Origin: an uncultured delta proteobacterium
Lineage (GTDB): Bacteria > Myxococcota_A > Polyangia > Fen-1088
Reading direction: 5' to 3'
Length of the DNA: 64,000 bases
NCBI GenBank assembly: GCA_963767925.1
Contig: CAVYGB010000009.1
Span: 192,001-256,000 of the forward strand
Within the stretch, counting starts at the first letter, position 1; every line of letters starts with the position of its first letter. Shown here one piece after another: positions 33,856 to 41,400 of the stretch. Below the pieces are notes generated by a model, which ran no database searches, had not been told where the DNA came from, and was given only the letters and a program-made list of their open reading frames with translations. The translations under genes were made by a program, and so were the position numbers.

Positions 33856-34871
33856 GACGCCTCCTCGTCGTTCTGGCCCTGGTCCTCGGAAGCCTCCCCG
33901 GCCGGGTGATGGCCTGCGCGGGGTGCCGGAATCCCAACCTGCCGATCACGCGCTTGTCGACCGTGCACCTGGCCCCTGGTGAGGTGCGAGCGAGCGCCGT
34001 GGTGAGCGCGACAACCCTGAATGTCGTGCACGAGGCCGGGTGCGCGGACCCTCTCGACTGTCAGGAGGTGCCCATCCAGCCCCGCTTCCACCATGACCTG
34101 GACATCATCCCGGGCGAGCTCCGGGCCGTCGTCGAGCTCGGGATCAGCCCCGCCTGGGGAATCGAAGCGCAGCTCCCCTTCCGGGTGGCCCGGACCTCCG
34201 TCCGCTACTCCGACCTGGACGGTGCGCCCTACCACCCCCTCGACCCGGAGGTGCACCACCGCAACGAGACGCTCGCGGGCGTCGGGGATCCCTGGCTGCT
34301 GGGCCGCTGGGGTCGGAGCTTCGGCGGAACGGCGGTGACGGCGCGAGCCGGAACCACGGTCCCTCTCGGCAACACCGAGGTCGACCCCTTCGAGCTCGGG
34401 GCCCAGGGGAAGCGGCATCAGCACATCCAGTTCGGCAATGGCACGTTCGACCCCATTTTCATGCTGGATCTCTCCCGCAAGCTCGGCCCGGTCGACCTGA
34501 GCAGCTACGGACAGGCGCAGCTCACGGTCCACGAAAGCTCGAAGGGCTTCCGGGCGGGCAACCGCTACTTCGCCGGCCTGCAGACCGGCGCCGTGGTGGC
34601 CGCCAGGGTCACCGCCACCCTCGGCCTCGACCTCCTCTCGGAACGGCCGGAGCGCTGGGGAGGAATCATCCAGCAGGACGGGAACCTCGGGCGGACCGAG
34701 CTCCTCGGGGGCCTCGCGCTCAGCCGCCCCTTCGGTCGCACGACCGGCAGCCTCGTCGTGCGCTTTCCCCTGTACCGCCACATCGTGGAGGGCGATGCCG
34801 CCCGGGGCAGGCTCTCTTCGCCCCTCATGCTGAGCCTCGTCCTGAGCCGCACCTTCCGGAGCCCGGGCTGA
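33852..34871 (+). CDS. Probable outer-membrane beta-barrel (transporter-like) with N-terminal CxxC
   Basis: GTGA overlap; signal peptide then ACAGC; HHRNETLAGVGDP, HQHIQFGNGTFDP; C-terminal LSRTF. Confidence 0.6.
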   Translation: MRRLLVVLALVLGSLPGRVMACAGCRNPNLPITRLSTVHLAPGEVRASAVVSATTLNVVHEAGCADPLDCQEVPIQPRFHHDLDIIPGELRAVVELGISPAWGIEAQLPFRVARTSVRYSDLDGAPYHPLDPEVHHRNETLAGVGDPWLLGRWGRSFGGTAVTARAGTTVPLGNTEVDPFELGAQGKRHQHIQFGNGTFDPIFMLDLSRKLGPVDLSSYGQAQLTVHESSKGFRAGNRYFAGLQTGAVVAARVTATLGLDLLSERPERWGGIIQQDGNLGRTELLGGLALSRPFGRTTGSLVVRFPLYRHIVEGDAARGRLSSPLMLSLVLSRTFRSPG

Positions 34872-34896
34872 TAATCTCCGCCAGGACCACGACGCC

Positions 34897-35601
34897 ATGA
34901 CACGCCTCCTGCTGCTGAGCACCTCGACCGTCTTCGGCCTCGGCTACCTCGACCACGGCGAGGGCCTCATCCGCCAGACGCTGGCCGGGGTGAGCCGCGT
35001 GCTGTTCGTCCCCTACGCCCTGCACGACCGGGACGGCTACGCCGCCAAGGCCCGCACCCGGTTCGCCGCCATGGGGTTCGATCTCGACTCGATCCACGAG
35101 CAGCCCGACCCGGTCGCGGCGGTGGCGGGCGCCGAGGCCCTCTTCATCGGCGGCGGCAACACCTTCCGCCTGCTGGACGCGCTCCAGCGGGCCGGCCTGC
35201 TGGGCCCGATCCGCGCGCGGGTGGCGGCCGGCCTGCCCTACCTGGGGGCCAGCGCGGGATCCAACGTGGCCGCTCCGACCATCATGACCACCAACGACAT
35301 GCCCATCGTGCAGCCCGCGTCGTTCGAGGCGCTGGGCCTCGTCCCCTTCCAGATCAACCCCCACTACCTCGATCCGGATCCCAGCTCCCGGCACATGGGC
35401 GAGACCCGCGAGGAGCGCATCAACCAGTTCCTCGAGGAGCACCCGACGCCGGTGGTGGGCCTGCGCGAGGGGGCCATCCTGCGCGCGGGCAAGGGGGCCC
35501 TGGTCGTCGAGGGGACCGCCGGGCTGCGGCTGTTCCGGCGTGGTGAGGCCCCCCTGGAGTTATTGCCCGGAGCGGACCTGCGCGCGTACCTGATGCCCTA
35601 G
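34897..35601 (+). CDS. pepE: Dipeptidase E
   Basis: FIGGGNTFRLL, GASAGSNVA, TTNDMPIV, QINPHY, HMGETREERI. Confidence 0.93.
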   Translation: MTRLLLLSTSTVFGLGYLDHGEGLIRQTLAGVSRVLFVPYALHDRDGYAAKARTRFAAMGFDLDSIHEQPDPVAAVAGAEALFIGGGNTFRLLDALQRAGLLGPIRARVAAGLPYLGASAGSNVAAPTIMTTNDMPIVQPASFEALGLVPFQINPHYLDPDPSSRHMGETREERINQFLEEHPTPVVGLREGAILRAGKGALVVEGTAGLRLFRRGEAPLELLPGADLRAYLMP

Positions 35602-35620
35602 CGCGCGAAGCGGGTCGCTC

Positions 35621-35763
35621 GGAGCCCCCTCACCCCTCCCTGCCCCCGCTACGCGGGGCGAGGGAGAATGGACAACGGTAGGCCGAGAAAAATGGGGAGA
35701 TAACTCCGCCAGTGTTCGCCCTCGCCCCGCGGCAGCGGGGTACAGGGAGGGGTGAGGGGCTCC
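35621..35763. repeat. Inverted pair of REP-like repeats between convergent genes
   Basis: GGAGCCCCCTCACCCCTCCCTG...CAGGGAGGGGTGAGGGGCTCC; shares GTTCGCCCTCGCCCCGCGGCAGC with the copy at 5984. Confidence 0.75.
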
Positions 35764-35791
35764 GGAGGGCGCCGGTCGCCTGCCAGGGGCT

Positions 35792-36667
35792 TCAGGGGCG
35801 GGAGATGCGGGCGCGGAGGAACTCCACGGCGATGGGGCCGTCGCGGGCGATGCCGTTCTTGGCCCGGGCCTCGATGCTCATGCCGCCCTGGAAGCCCATC
35901 CGGTACAGGCTGGCGAAGAACGGGTAGTAGTCGTATTCGGAGGCGTCGAGGGGGAAGACCCGGCCGTCGGGGTTGGCGAAGTGGAAGTGCCGGATGTGGG
36001 CCCGGGCCCGCAGCAGGATCGCCGGATCCTCCTTCTCGATGGCCAGGTGAAAGAAGTCGACCATGAGCTGGAAGCTCGGGTGCCCCACGGCCTGCACCAG
36101 CTCGAGCGCCTCGGCGGTGGTGTTGAGGATGTTGCTCTCCTGCCGGCGCAGGGCCTCGACCGTGACCACCAGGCCGCGGCTGGCCGCCTCGGGCGCCAGC
36201 AGCTTGCCGAAGGCGACGAGCTGCCGGAAGGCCTCCGGCCGCGAGAACCCCTCGGGGACGTTGCGCGCCGCCGGGCTGCCGAACACGATGATCCTCACCC
36301 CGAAGCGCCGCACCCGATCGAACGCCCCCCGGACGTATTCGAGCTGCTGCGCTGGATCCACCTCCGGCCCGGTGACCCGCACCTCCTTCGGCAGAAAGCC
36401 GTTGGCCACCGGGGTCGGCAACCCCACCGCGCGGTGCTGGATCAGCGCCGCCTCCAGCTCGATCGGCGTCAGGCGGGCGATTGTCGACACGCCCAGCTCG
36501 ACGTAGTCGAAGCCCGCCGCCTTGGCCTCGGCCAGCCCCGCCACCCCCGTGCACAGCCCGATGCGCACCTTCGGGGGCGGCCCCGGCGGCTCCGGGCGAT
36601 GGGCGCAGGCCCCCAGCAGACCCAGGCAACCGAAGAGGCAACCGAGGACAATCGACGAACGCCTCAT
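35792..36667 (-). CDS. Sugar phosphate isomerase/epimerase (xylose-isomerase-like TIM barrel) with lipoprotein signal
   Basis: AGFDYVEL, IVFGSPAAR, VEALRRQESN, VDFFHL, HFHFA, MSIEA; LGAC lipobox. Confidence 0.8.
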   Translation of the reverse strand: MRRSSIVLGCLFGCLGLLGACAHRPEPPGPPPKVRIGLCTGVAGLAEAKAAGFDYVELGVSTIARLTPIELEAALIQHRAVGLPTPVANGFLPKEVRVTGPEVDPAQQLEYVRGAFDRVRRFGVRIIVFGSPAARNVPEGFSRPEAFRQLVAFGKLLAPEAASRGLVVTVEALRRQESNILNTTAEALELVQAVGHPSFQLMVDFFHLAIEKEDPAILLRARAHIRHFHFANPDGRVFPLDASEYDYYPFFASLYRMGFQGGMSIEARAKNGIARDGPIAVEFLRARISRP

Positions 36668-36768
36668 GCGACAGACCCCTTCCGCTTCCACTTCCACCCG
36701 TACCGCGGCGTGACTCCCCGAAAGTGTAATGACTCCCGGGGGCGCGGGATAGAGCCGGATTCCAGTTG

Positions 36769-36790
36769 TACCTGTGCATGGGTTCAGGTA
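36769..36790 (+). promoter_or_regulatory. LexA (SOS) box, Myxococcus type, upstream of dinB
   Basis: CTGTGCATGGGTTCAGG (36772-36788) matches 15/17 positions of the recalled M. xanthus consensus CTRHAMRYBYGTTCAGS; dyad TACCTG-N10-CAGGTA. Confidence 0.7.
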
Positions 36791-36808
36791 CCTTGATCGG
36801 CAGGTGTC

Positions 36809-38102
36809 ATGGCGACGGCGTCGGAGCTCGCGCGTTCGGGGCCACTGCCGCAGCCTCGGGTCTGCTGCCTCGACCTCGACACGTTCTTCGTGTCGGTCGA
36901 GCGGGTGCTCGATCCCACCGCTGGAGGGCAAGCCGGTCGTGGTGGGCGGCCGGCCCGGGCAGCCGCGGCGTGGTCACCGCCGCCAGCTACGAGGTGCGCC
37001 GGCTGGGGGTGAAGTCGGGCATGTCGCTGATCGAGGCGGGTCAGCTCGCCCCCGACGCGATCTACCTGCCCACCCGCGGGGACACCTACGAAAAATACGC
37101 CGACCAGGTGCGGGAGATCGCCCGCCGCTTCGCCCCCACCGTGCGTCGTCGCCAGCATCGACGAGATGTTCCTCGACCTCACCGGCTGCGAGCGCCTTTA
37201 CGGCCACAGCGGCGACGAGAACGGGGACGTCGCCATCGAGCGCGCGGTCCTCGACCTCACCGGCGCCATCGACGGCGAGCTCGGGCTGCCGGCGAGCGCC
37301 GGCCTGGCCACCAGCAAGGTGGTGGCCAAGGTGGCCTCCGCTCTGGCCAAGCCGCGGGGCGTGATGCTGGTCCCCGCGGGGGTCGAGCGCGGCCGTGCTG
37401 GCGCCCCCTGCCGGTGCGGTCCTTCCCCGGCATCGGGCCGGTGGCCGAGGGCAAGCTGCACGCCGCCGGCTTTCACACCCTGGGCGCCATCGCCGCCGCG
37501 CCCCTGGCCGAGCTGCAGAAGATCTTCGGCGCCTGGGCGACGGCCATCCGGCGGGGCGTGCAAGGGCCAGGGCGGCGGCGTCGCTCGGGCGCGAGCGCCC
37601 GGCCTTCTCCGAGCACGACCCGGAGGGCGAGACGGTCGGCAGCATCTCGAACGAGCGCACCTTCCGGGAGGACGTGTCGCGACCCCGCCTCGATCGAATC
37701 GGTGCTGTGCGGGCTGTGCGAACGGGTGTGCTGGCGCGCGCGCAAGCGCCACATCAAGGCGCGCACGGTCACCCTCAAGCTCCGCTACGCCGACTTTCAC
37801 ACGCTGACCCGCTCGCGCACCGTCTCGCCCGACCAGCTCCGAGCTCGAGCTGTACCCCGTCGTCAAGGAGATGCTCGACCGAGGCCCGCACCCGCCCGCT
37901 GGCGGTGCGCCTGCTCGGCATCCAGCTCTCCAACCTGGGGGTCTTCGAGCAGCTCTCGCTGTTCGACAGCCACGAGCGCATCAGCACGGTCGTCGACGAC
38001 ATCCGCGCCCGCTACGGCTTCTCGCTGGTCGGCCTCGCCACCCAGCTCGGCGGCGACGGCAAGACCCTGGTCGGCCGCCGCTCGGCCGGCCGCAGCCGCT
38101 AG
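36809..38102 (+). pseudogene. dinB: DNA polymerase IV, about ten frameshifts as sequenced (possibly artefactual)
   Basis: LDLDTFFVSVE, GKPVVVGG, GVVTAASYEVR, ASIDEMFLD, AKVASALAKPRG, PGIGP, SISNERTF, TVTLKLRYADF, VRLLGI spread across three frames. Confidence 0.9.
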
Positions 38103-38111
38103 TCCAGGGGA

Positions 38112-38276
38112 CTAGCGCACCGCTCTCGAAATAGCGTCAAGGCTGCGCCGACGATCCTGCGCCCCCGCTTCGTTGCTCCTCCTCGGAATATGCCGGATAT
38201 TCGTCGTCGTCGCGCCTCGCGGGGGCCGCAGGCTTGTCGGCGGATCCTTGACGCTATTTCGAGAGCGGTGCACCAG
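38112..38276. repeat. Palindromic MITE-like element
   Basis: Perfect 26-bp inverted repeat 38117-38142 / 38246-38271; inner imperfect arms and central GAATAT...ATATTC hairpin. Confidence 0.75.
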
Positions 38277-38545
38277 GACATCCTGGTTCTGGGCTGCGCA
38301 CCATCAGGCGGCGGGGTCCCGGAGCGGTCGGAGGCGATTCCCTGCCCCTGACACCTTCGTCGCCACATCGCTGTTGCGACCGATCCGGGCCCCGCCGGAA
38401 TGCTGCTGGGTGACTCACGACGCACGATCCACGCACGCTCCCCGCACCCGATCTCCCCACACCCCGCGCCACTCGACCTCACGACCAACCCACCCCTCAC
38501 GTCGAGCCGCGCCCCCACCCCGAAGACCTTCAGCACTCCACCTCG

Positions 38546-38925
38546 CCTGGGCTACTCAGTTGTGACCCGACACTTGCTTCCGCCGGGCTATTCAGTTTTT
38601 TGCATGCGGCCGCAAGCGGCCGGGCTCTTTTGTTGTCGCCGGCGGCTCACGCCGCCTGGCTATTCGGTTGTCGCCCGGGCACGTGCTTCACCCGGGCTCT
38701 TTTGTTGTCGCCGGCGGCTCACGCCGCCTGGCTATTCGGTTGTCTGGCGGCATGTGCGGCCGAGCTATTCGATTGTTGCCCGGGCAAGGGTCCTGGCCGG
38801 GCTATTCGGTTGTTGCCCGGGCAAGGGTCTCGTCCGGGCTATTCGGTTGTCGCCCGGAGTCACGGTCCGGGCTATTCGGTTTTCTGCCCGGGCCTCGATG
38901 TCGCCCGGGCTATTCGGTTGTGACC
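38546..38925. repeat. Array of 11 degenerate hairpin units, period 33-38 nt
   Basis: Consensus CCGGGC-TATTCGGTTGTC-GCCCGG; cores start at 38549, 38585, 38622, 38657, 38694, 38729, 38762, 38799, 38836, 38869, 38907. Confidence 0.85.
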
Positions 38926-39086
38926 GAGAGTATTTCAAGCCCCGTGCCAGGACCGTCCGAGCCTCGAGATCCCGGCATCGCGGCCAGCAACGGCGCGGGA
39001 TCGCCCCGACGGGTCGATCGAGACCTCCGCCGTTCGGTTACGGCGAGCGGCGACCCGGCACCCAGCGGTAACCCTGGAGCTTCGAT

Positions 39087-39377
39087 TCACCGCGGTCCCA
39101 TCAGCTTGACCAGCTTGTTGTAGACGCCCATCACCAGCAGGGGGCCCGGCCACATCCCGAAAAAGCGGCTGACCTTCCGCCGGTCGCTCAGCTCGAACGC
39201 CAGCGACGCCACCATCGCGCTGAGGGCCACCGCCAGGAAGAAATCGGACGGGATCTTGGCGGTTTGCTGCTCCAGCAGCCGGGTCAGGGAGCCCTCGCGG
39301 TGCTCGGGGCGCAGCACGGGCGGCTCGGGATGAGCGGTCCGGTTCGCGCGCGGATTCATCTCTAGATCGTCGGGCAT
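39087..39377 (-). CDS. Small conserved-looking membrane protein
   Basis: EHREGSLTRLLEQQTAKIPSDFFL...LLVMGVYNKLVK; GAGGTGGAG RBS. Confidence 0.7.
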   Translation of the reverse strand: MPDDLEMNPRANRTAHPEPPVLRPEHREGSLTRLLEQQTAKIPSDFFLAVALSAMVASLAFELSDRRKVSRFFGMWPGPLLVMGVYNKLVKLMGPR

Positions 39378-39402
39378 GGTCTCCACCTCGATGTTCAGGG
39401 CC

Positions 39403-39418
39403 AGCAAGGCGTGTGCCC
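39403..39418 (-). promoter_or_regulatory. sigma54 -24/-12 promoter
   Basis: GGGCACA-CGCC-TTGCT (GG-N10-GC) on minus strand, 26 nt upstream of ATG 39377. Confidence 0.6.
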
Positions 39419-39452
39419 CGACTGGCCCCAACGCGCCGCTGCGTGGAGGATC

Positions 39453-39468
39453 CGGCCCCTCGCTTGCA
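39453..39468 (+). promoter_or_regulatory. Possible sigma54 -24/-12 promoter
   Basis: CGGCCCC-TCGC-TTGCA (GG-N10-GC), 14 nt before ATG 39482. Confidence 0.4.
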
Positions 39469-39481
39469 GTCGAGTCGGATC

Positions 39482-40099
39482 ATGTCTGCTGCTACCGACG
39501 CCGCCGCCGCCAAGTTGCAATGCGATCTTCTCGCCGCCCACATGGGCGTGGGCCCTTTGCTGGAACGGGACTACTGGGCGGTGATCGCCGGGTGCCGCGC
39601 ACGTCCTTCGCAGATCGTGGCCGACCTGAGCCGGCGCTTTCCTCAGTATCCGCCGTCCGCGCTGGTCACCTTCTCCCGTTCGGCTGCCACCCGCGGGACA
39701 CCCCTCGAGGTGGGTGAGGAGCTCGATGTCGACATCAAGGGGGCCGGGAGCTGCCGGGTGCGGGTCGTGTCGCGCGAGCCCCAGACCCTGACCCTGGCCA
39801 CCCTGAGCGGGCACCCCGAGGCGGGGCGGATCACCTTCGGCGCCTACCGCAACACAGACGGCGAGGTCCTGTTTCACATCCGCAGCCGCGCCCGCTCCGC
39901 CAGCGGCATCACCTACATCGGCTTTCTCACGGCGGGTGAGGCGATGCAGACGAACACCTGGACCGACTTCGTCGAAGCGGTGGCCCTCAGCTTCGGCGAC
40001 GGCGTGAAGGGGTACGTGCACGCCGAGACGCGGTCGATCGAAGACGAGGACGATCCGGGGCGGCTCTGCGCGCCCACCTACCGGGCGGAAGGCGACTGA
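39482..40099 (+). CDS. DUF1990-like protein
   Basis: GVGPLLERDYW, LATLSGHPEAGRITF, FHIRSRARS. Confidence 0.65.
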   Translation: MSAATDAAAAKLQCDLLAAHMGVGPLLERDYWAVIAGCRARPSQIVADLSRRFPQYPPSALVTFSRSAATRGTPLEVGEELDVDIKGAGSCRVRVVSREPQTLTLATLSGHPEAGRITFGAYRNTDGEVLFHIRSRARSASGITYIGFLTAGEAMQTNTWTDFVEAVALSFGDGVKGYVHAETRSIEDEDDPGRLCAPTYRAEGD

Positions 40100-40100
40100 G

Positions 40101-40850
40101 GTGGAGGCGCCGGCCTGGCGCTTCGGCCGCGGCTGGGACGAGTCGGAGCTCCGGCGCCGGCTGGCCACCCTCGGCGAGCTGCCGGTGACCGCGGGCGCGG
40201 CCGCCGGCGGCGCCCATTACCACTCCGAGGCGATCGTCTCGATCGAGCCGCCCGGCCCCGCCCTGCCCGACGGGCCCTTCGCCCGGGCCCGCGAGCTGGT
40301 GCAGGGCTACGCGTTCTCCGATCCCCGCATCGTCACCGCCCACTTCGACCCCGACCGCCCGCTCGAGGGGCGCCCGATGTTGCTGGAGATCAAGGTGCTG
40401 GGCCTGCGGTACCTCAGCCCGGTTGTCGTTGTCGAGGTGCGCGAGCGGCCGGGCCCTCGCCACAGCCGCTGGGGGTTTCGCTACGACACGCTGGCCGGCC
40501 ACCTCGAGGCGGGCTCGGAGTGGTTCCTGCTGACGAAGGACCACGCCAGCGGGACGGTGACCTTCCGCATCGAGGCCACCTGGAGGCCAGGGCAGTTCCC
40601 CAACTGGTGGAGCCGTCTCGGCTTTCACCTGCTGGCCCGCCGCTACCAGCGCGCCTGGCACCGCCTGGCCTACCTGCGCCTGCGCGCGCGCCTCGACGCC
40701 CGCGGCCTGCCGCCGCTGCCCGCCCACCTGCTCCAGGCCGGCGCGCCCTGGCCGGCGCCGCCCATCGCCGATCTGGCCGGGCCGCAGGCGCCGCCCGAGA
40801 TCGCCATCGCCGAGGTCACCGACTCGACAGGAGGACACGTCCCACCATGA
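40101..40850 (+). CDS. DUF1990-like protein
   Basis: YAFSDPRIV, WGFRYDTLAGHLEAGSEWF. Confidence 0.65.
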   Translation: MEAPAWRFGRGWDESELRRRLATLGELPVTAGAAAGGAHYHSEAIVSIEPPGPALPDGPFARARELVQGYAFSDPRIVTAHFDPDRPLEGRPMLLEIKVLGLRYLSPVVVVEVRERPGPRHSRWGFRYDTLAGHLEAGSEWFLLTKDHASGTVTFRIEATWRPGQFPNWWSRLGFHLLARRYQRAWHRLAYLRLRARLDARGLPPLPAHLLQAGAPWPAPPIADLAGPQAPPEIAIAEVTDSTGGHVPP

Positions 40851-41323
40851 GATCCCCCGCAACGAACCTTGTCGGCCTCGCGCCGGCGGCTGCCCTCGGG
40901 GCGCTGGCCGGGTTGCGCTCGATGGTGCCGCTGGCCCTGGTCAGCCGCAAGCTCGCCGCCAGGCGAGCCTGGCTCCCCGGCCCGCTGGGCCTGCTGGCGG
41001 ACCGGCGGGTCGCGGGCGCCCTCACCCTGGCCGCGGCGGGCGAGTGGGTCGCCGACAAGACGCCCTTCGTGCCGGCGCGCACCCACCCCCTGCCGCTCGG
41101 CGGCCGCCTGCTGGCGGGCGCGGCGGTGGGCGCGGCGGTCGGATCCACTTGTCGGGCGTGGGGAGCGCTGGCCGGCGCCCTCGGGGCCCTGGCCGGCAGC
41201 TTCGCCGGCTACCACCTGCGCCGGGCGGCCACGCGCCTGCTCCGCCACGACCTCCCCGCCGCGCTGGCCGAAGACGCCCTCTGCCTCCTCGCCACCCGGG
41301 CCCTGCTCGCCCGCCTGCCCTGA
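40847..41323 (+). CDS. DUF4126-like membrane protein
   Basis: AGLRSMVP, GEWVADKTPFVPART, ALAED; ATGA overlap. Confidence 0.65.
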   Translation: MRSPATNLVGLAPAAALGALAGLRSMVPLALVSRKLAARRAWLPGPLGLLADRRVAGALTLAAAGEWVADKTPFVPARTHPLPLGGRLLAGAAVGAAVGSTCRAWGALAGALGALAGSFAGYHLRRAATRLLRHDLPAALAEDALCLLATRALLARLP

Positions 41324-41400
41324 GCAAGGCCGGTTAGGGACCTCCGGCGCGGCGCGACCGTGGGTGCCCAACTCGGCCGCATTGGTGCTAGCGTCGCGGC

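Noticed and set aside
38546..38925. CRISPR array
   Set aside because: Variable parts are only about 10-14 nt, repeats are degenerate, one spacer is duplicated, and there is no leader or cas gene
38400..39123. ORFs across the repeat array (GYSVV / RAIRL repeats)
   Set aside because: Repeat period shifts frame; no RBS or codon bias; by-product of the DNA repeat
38546..39377. Type III toxin-antitoxin locus (ToxI-like 36-nt repeats)
   Set aside because: Period is similar, but no ToxN/AbiQ-like ORF is adjacent and the units are more divergent than expected
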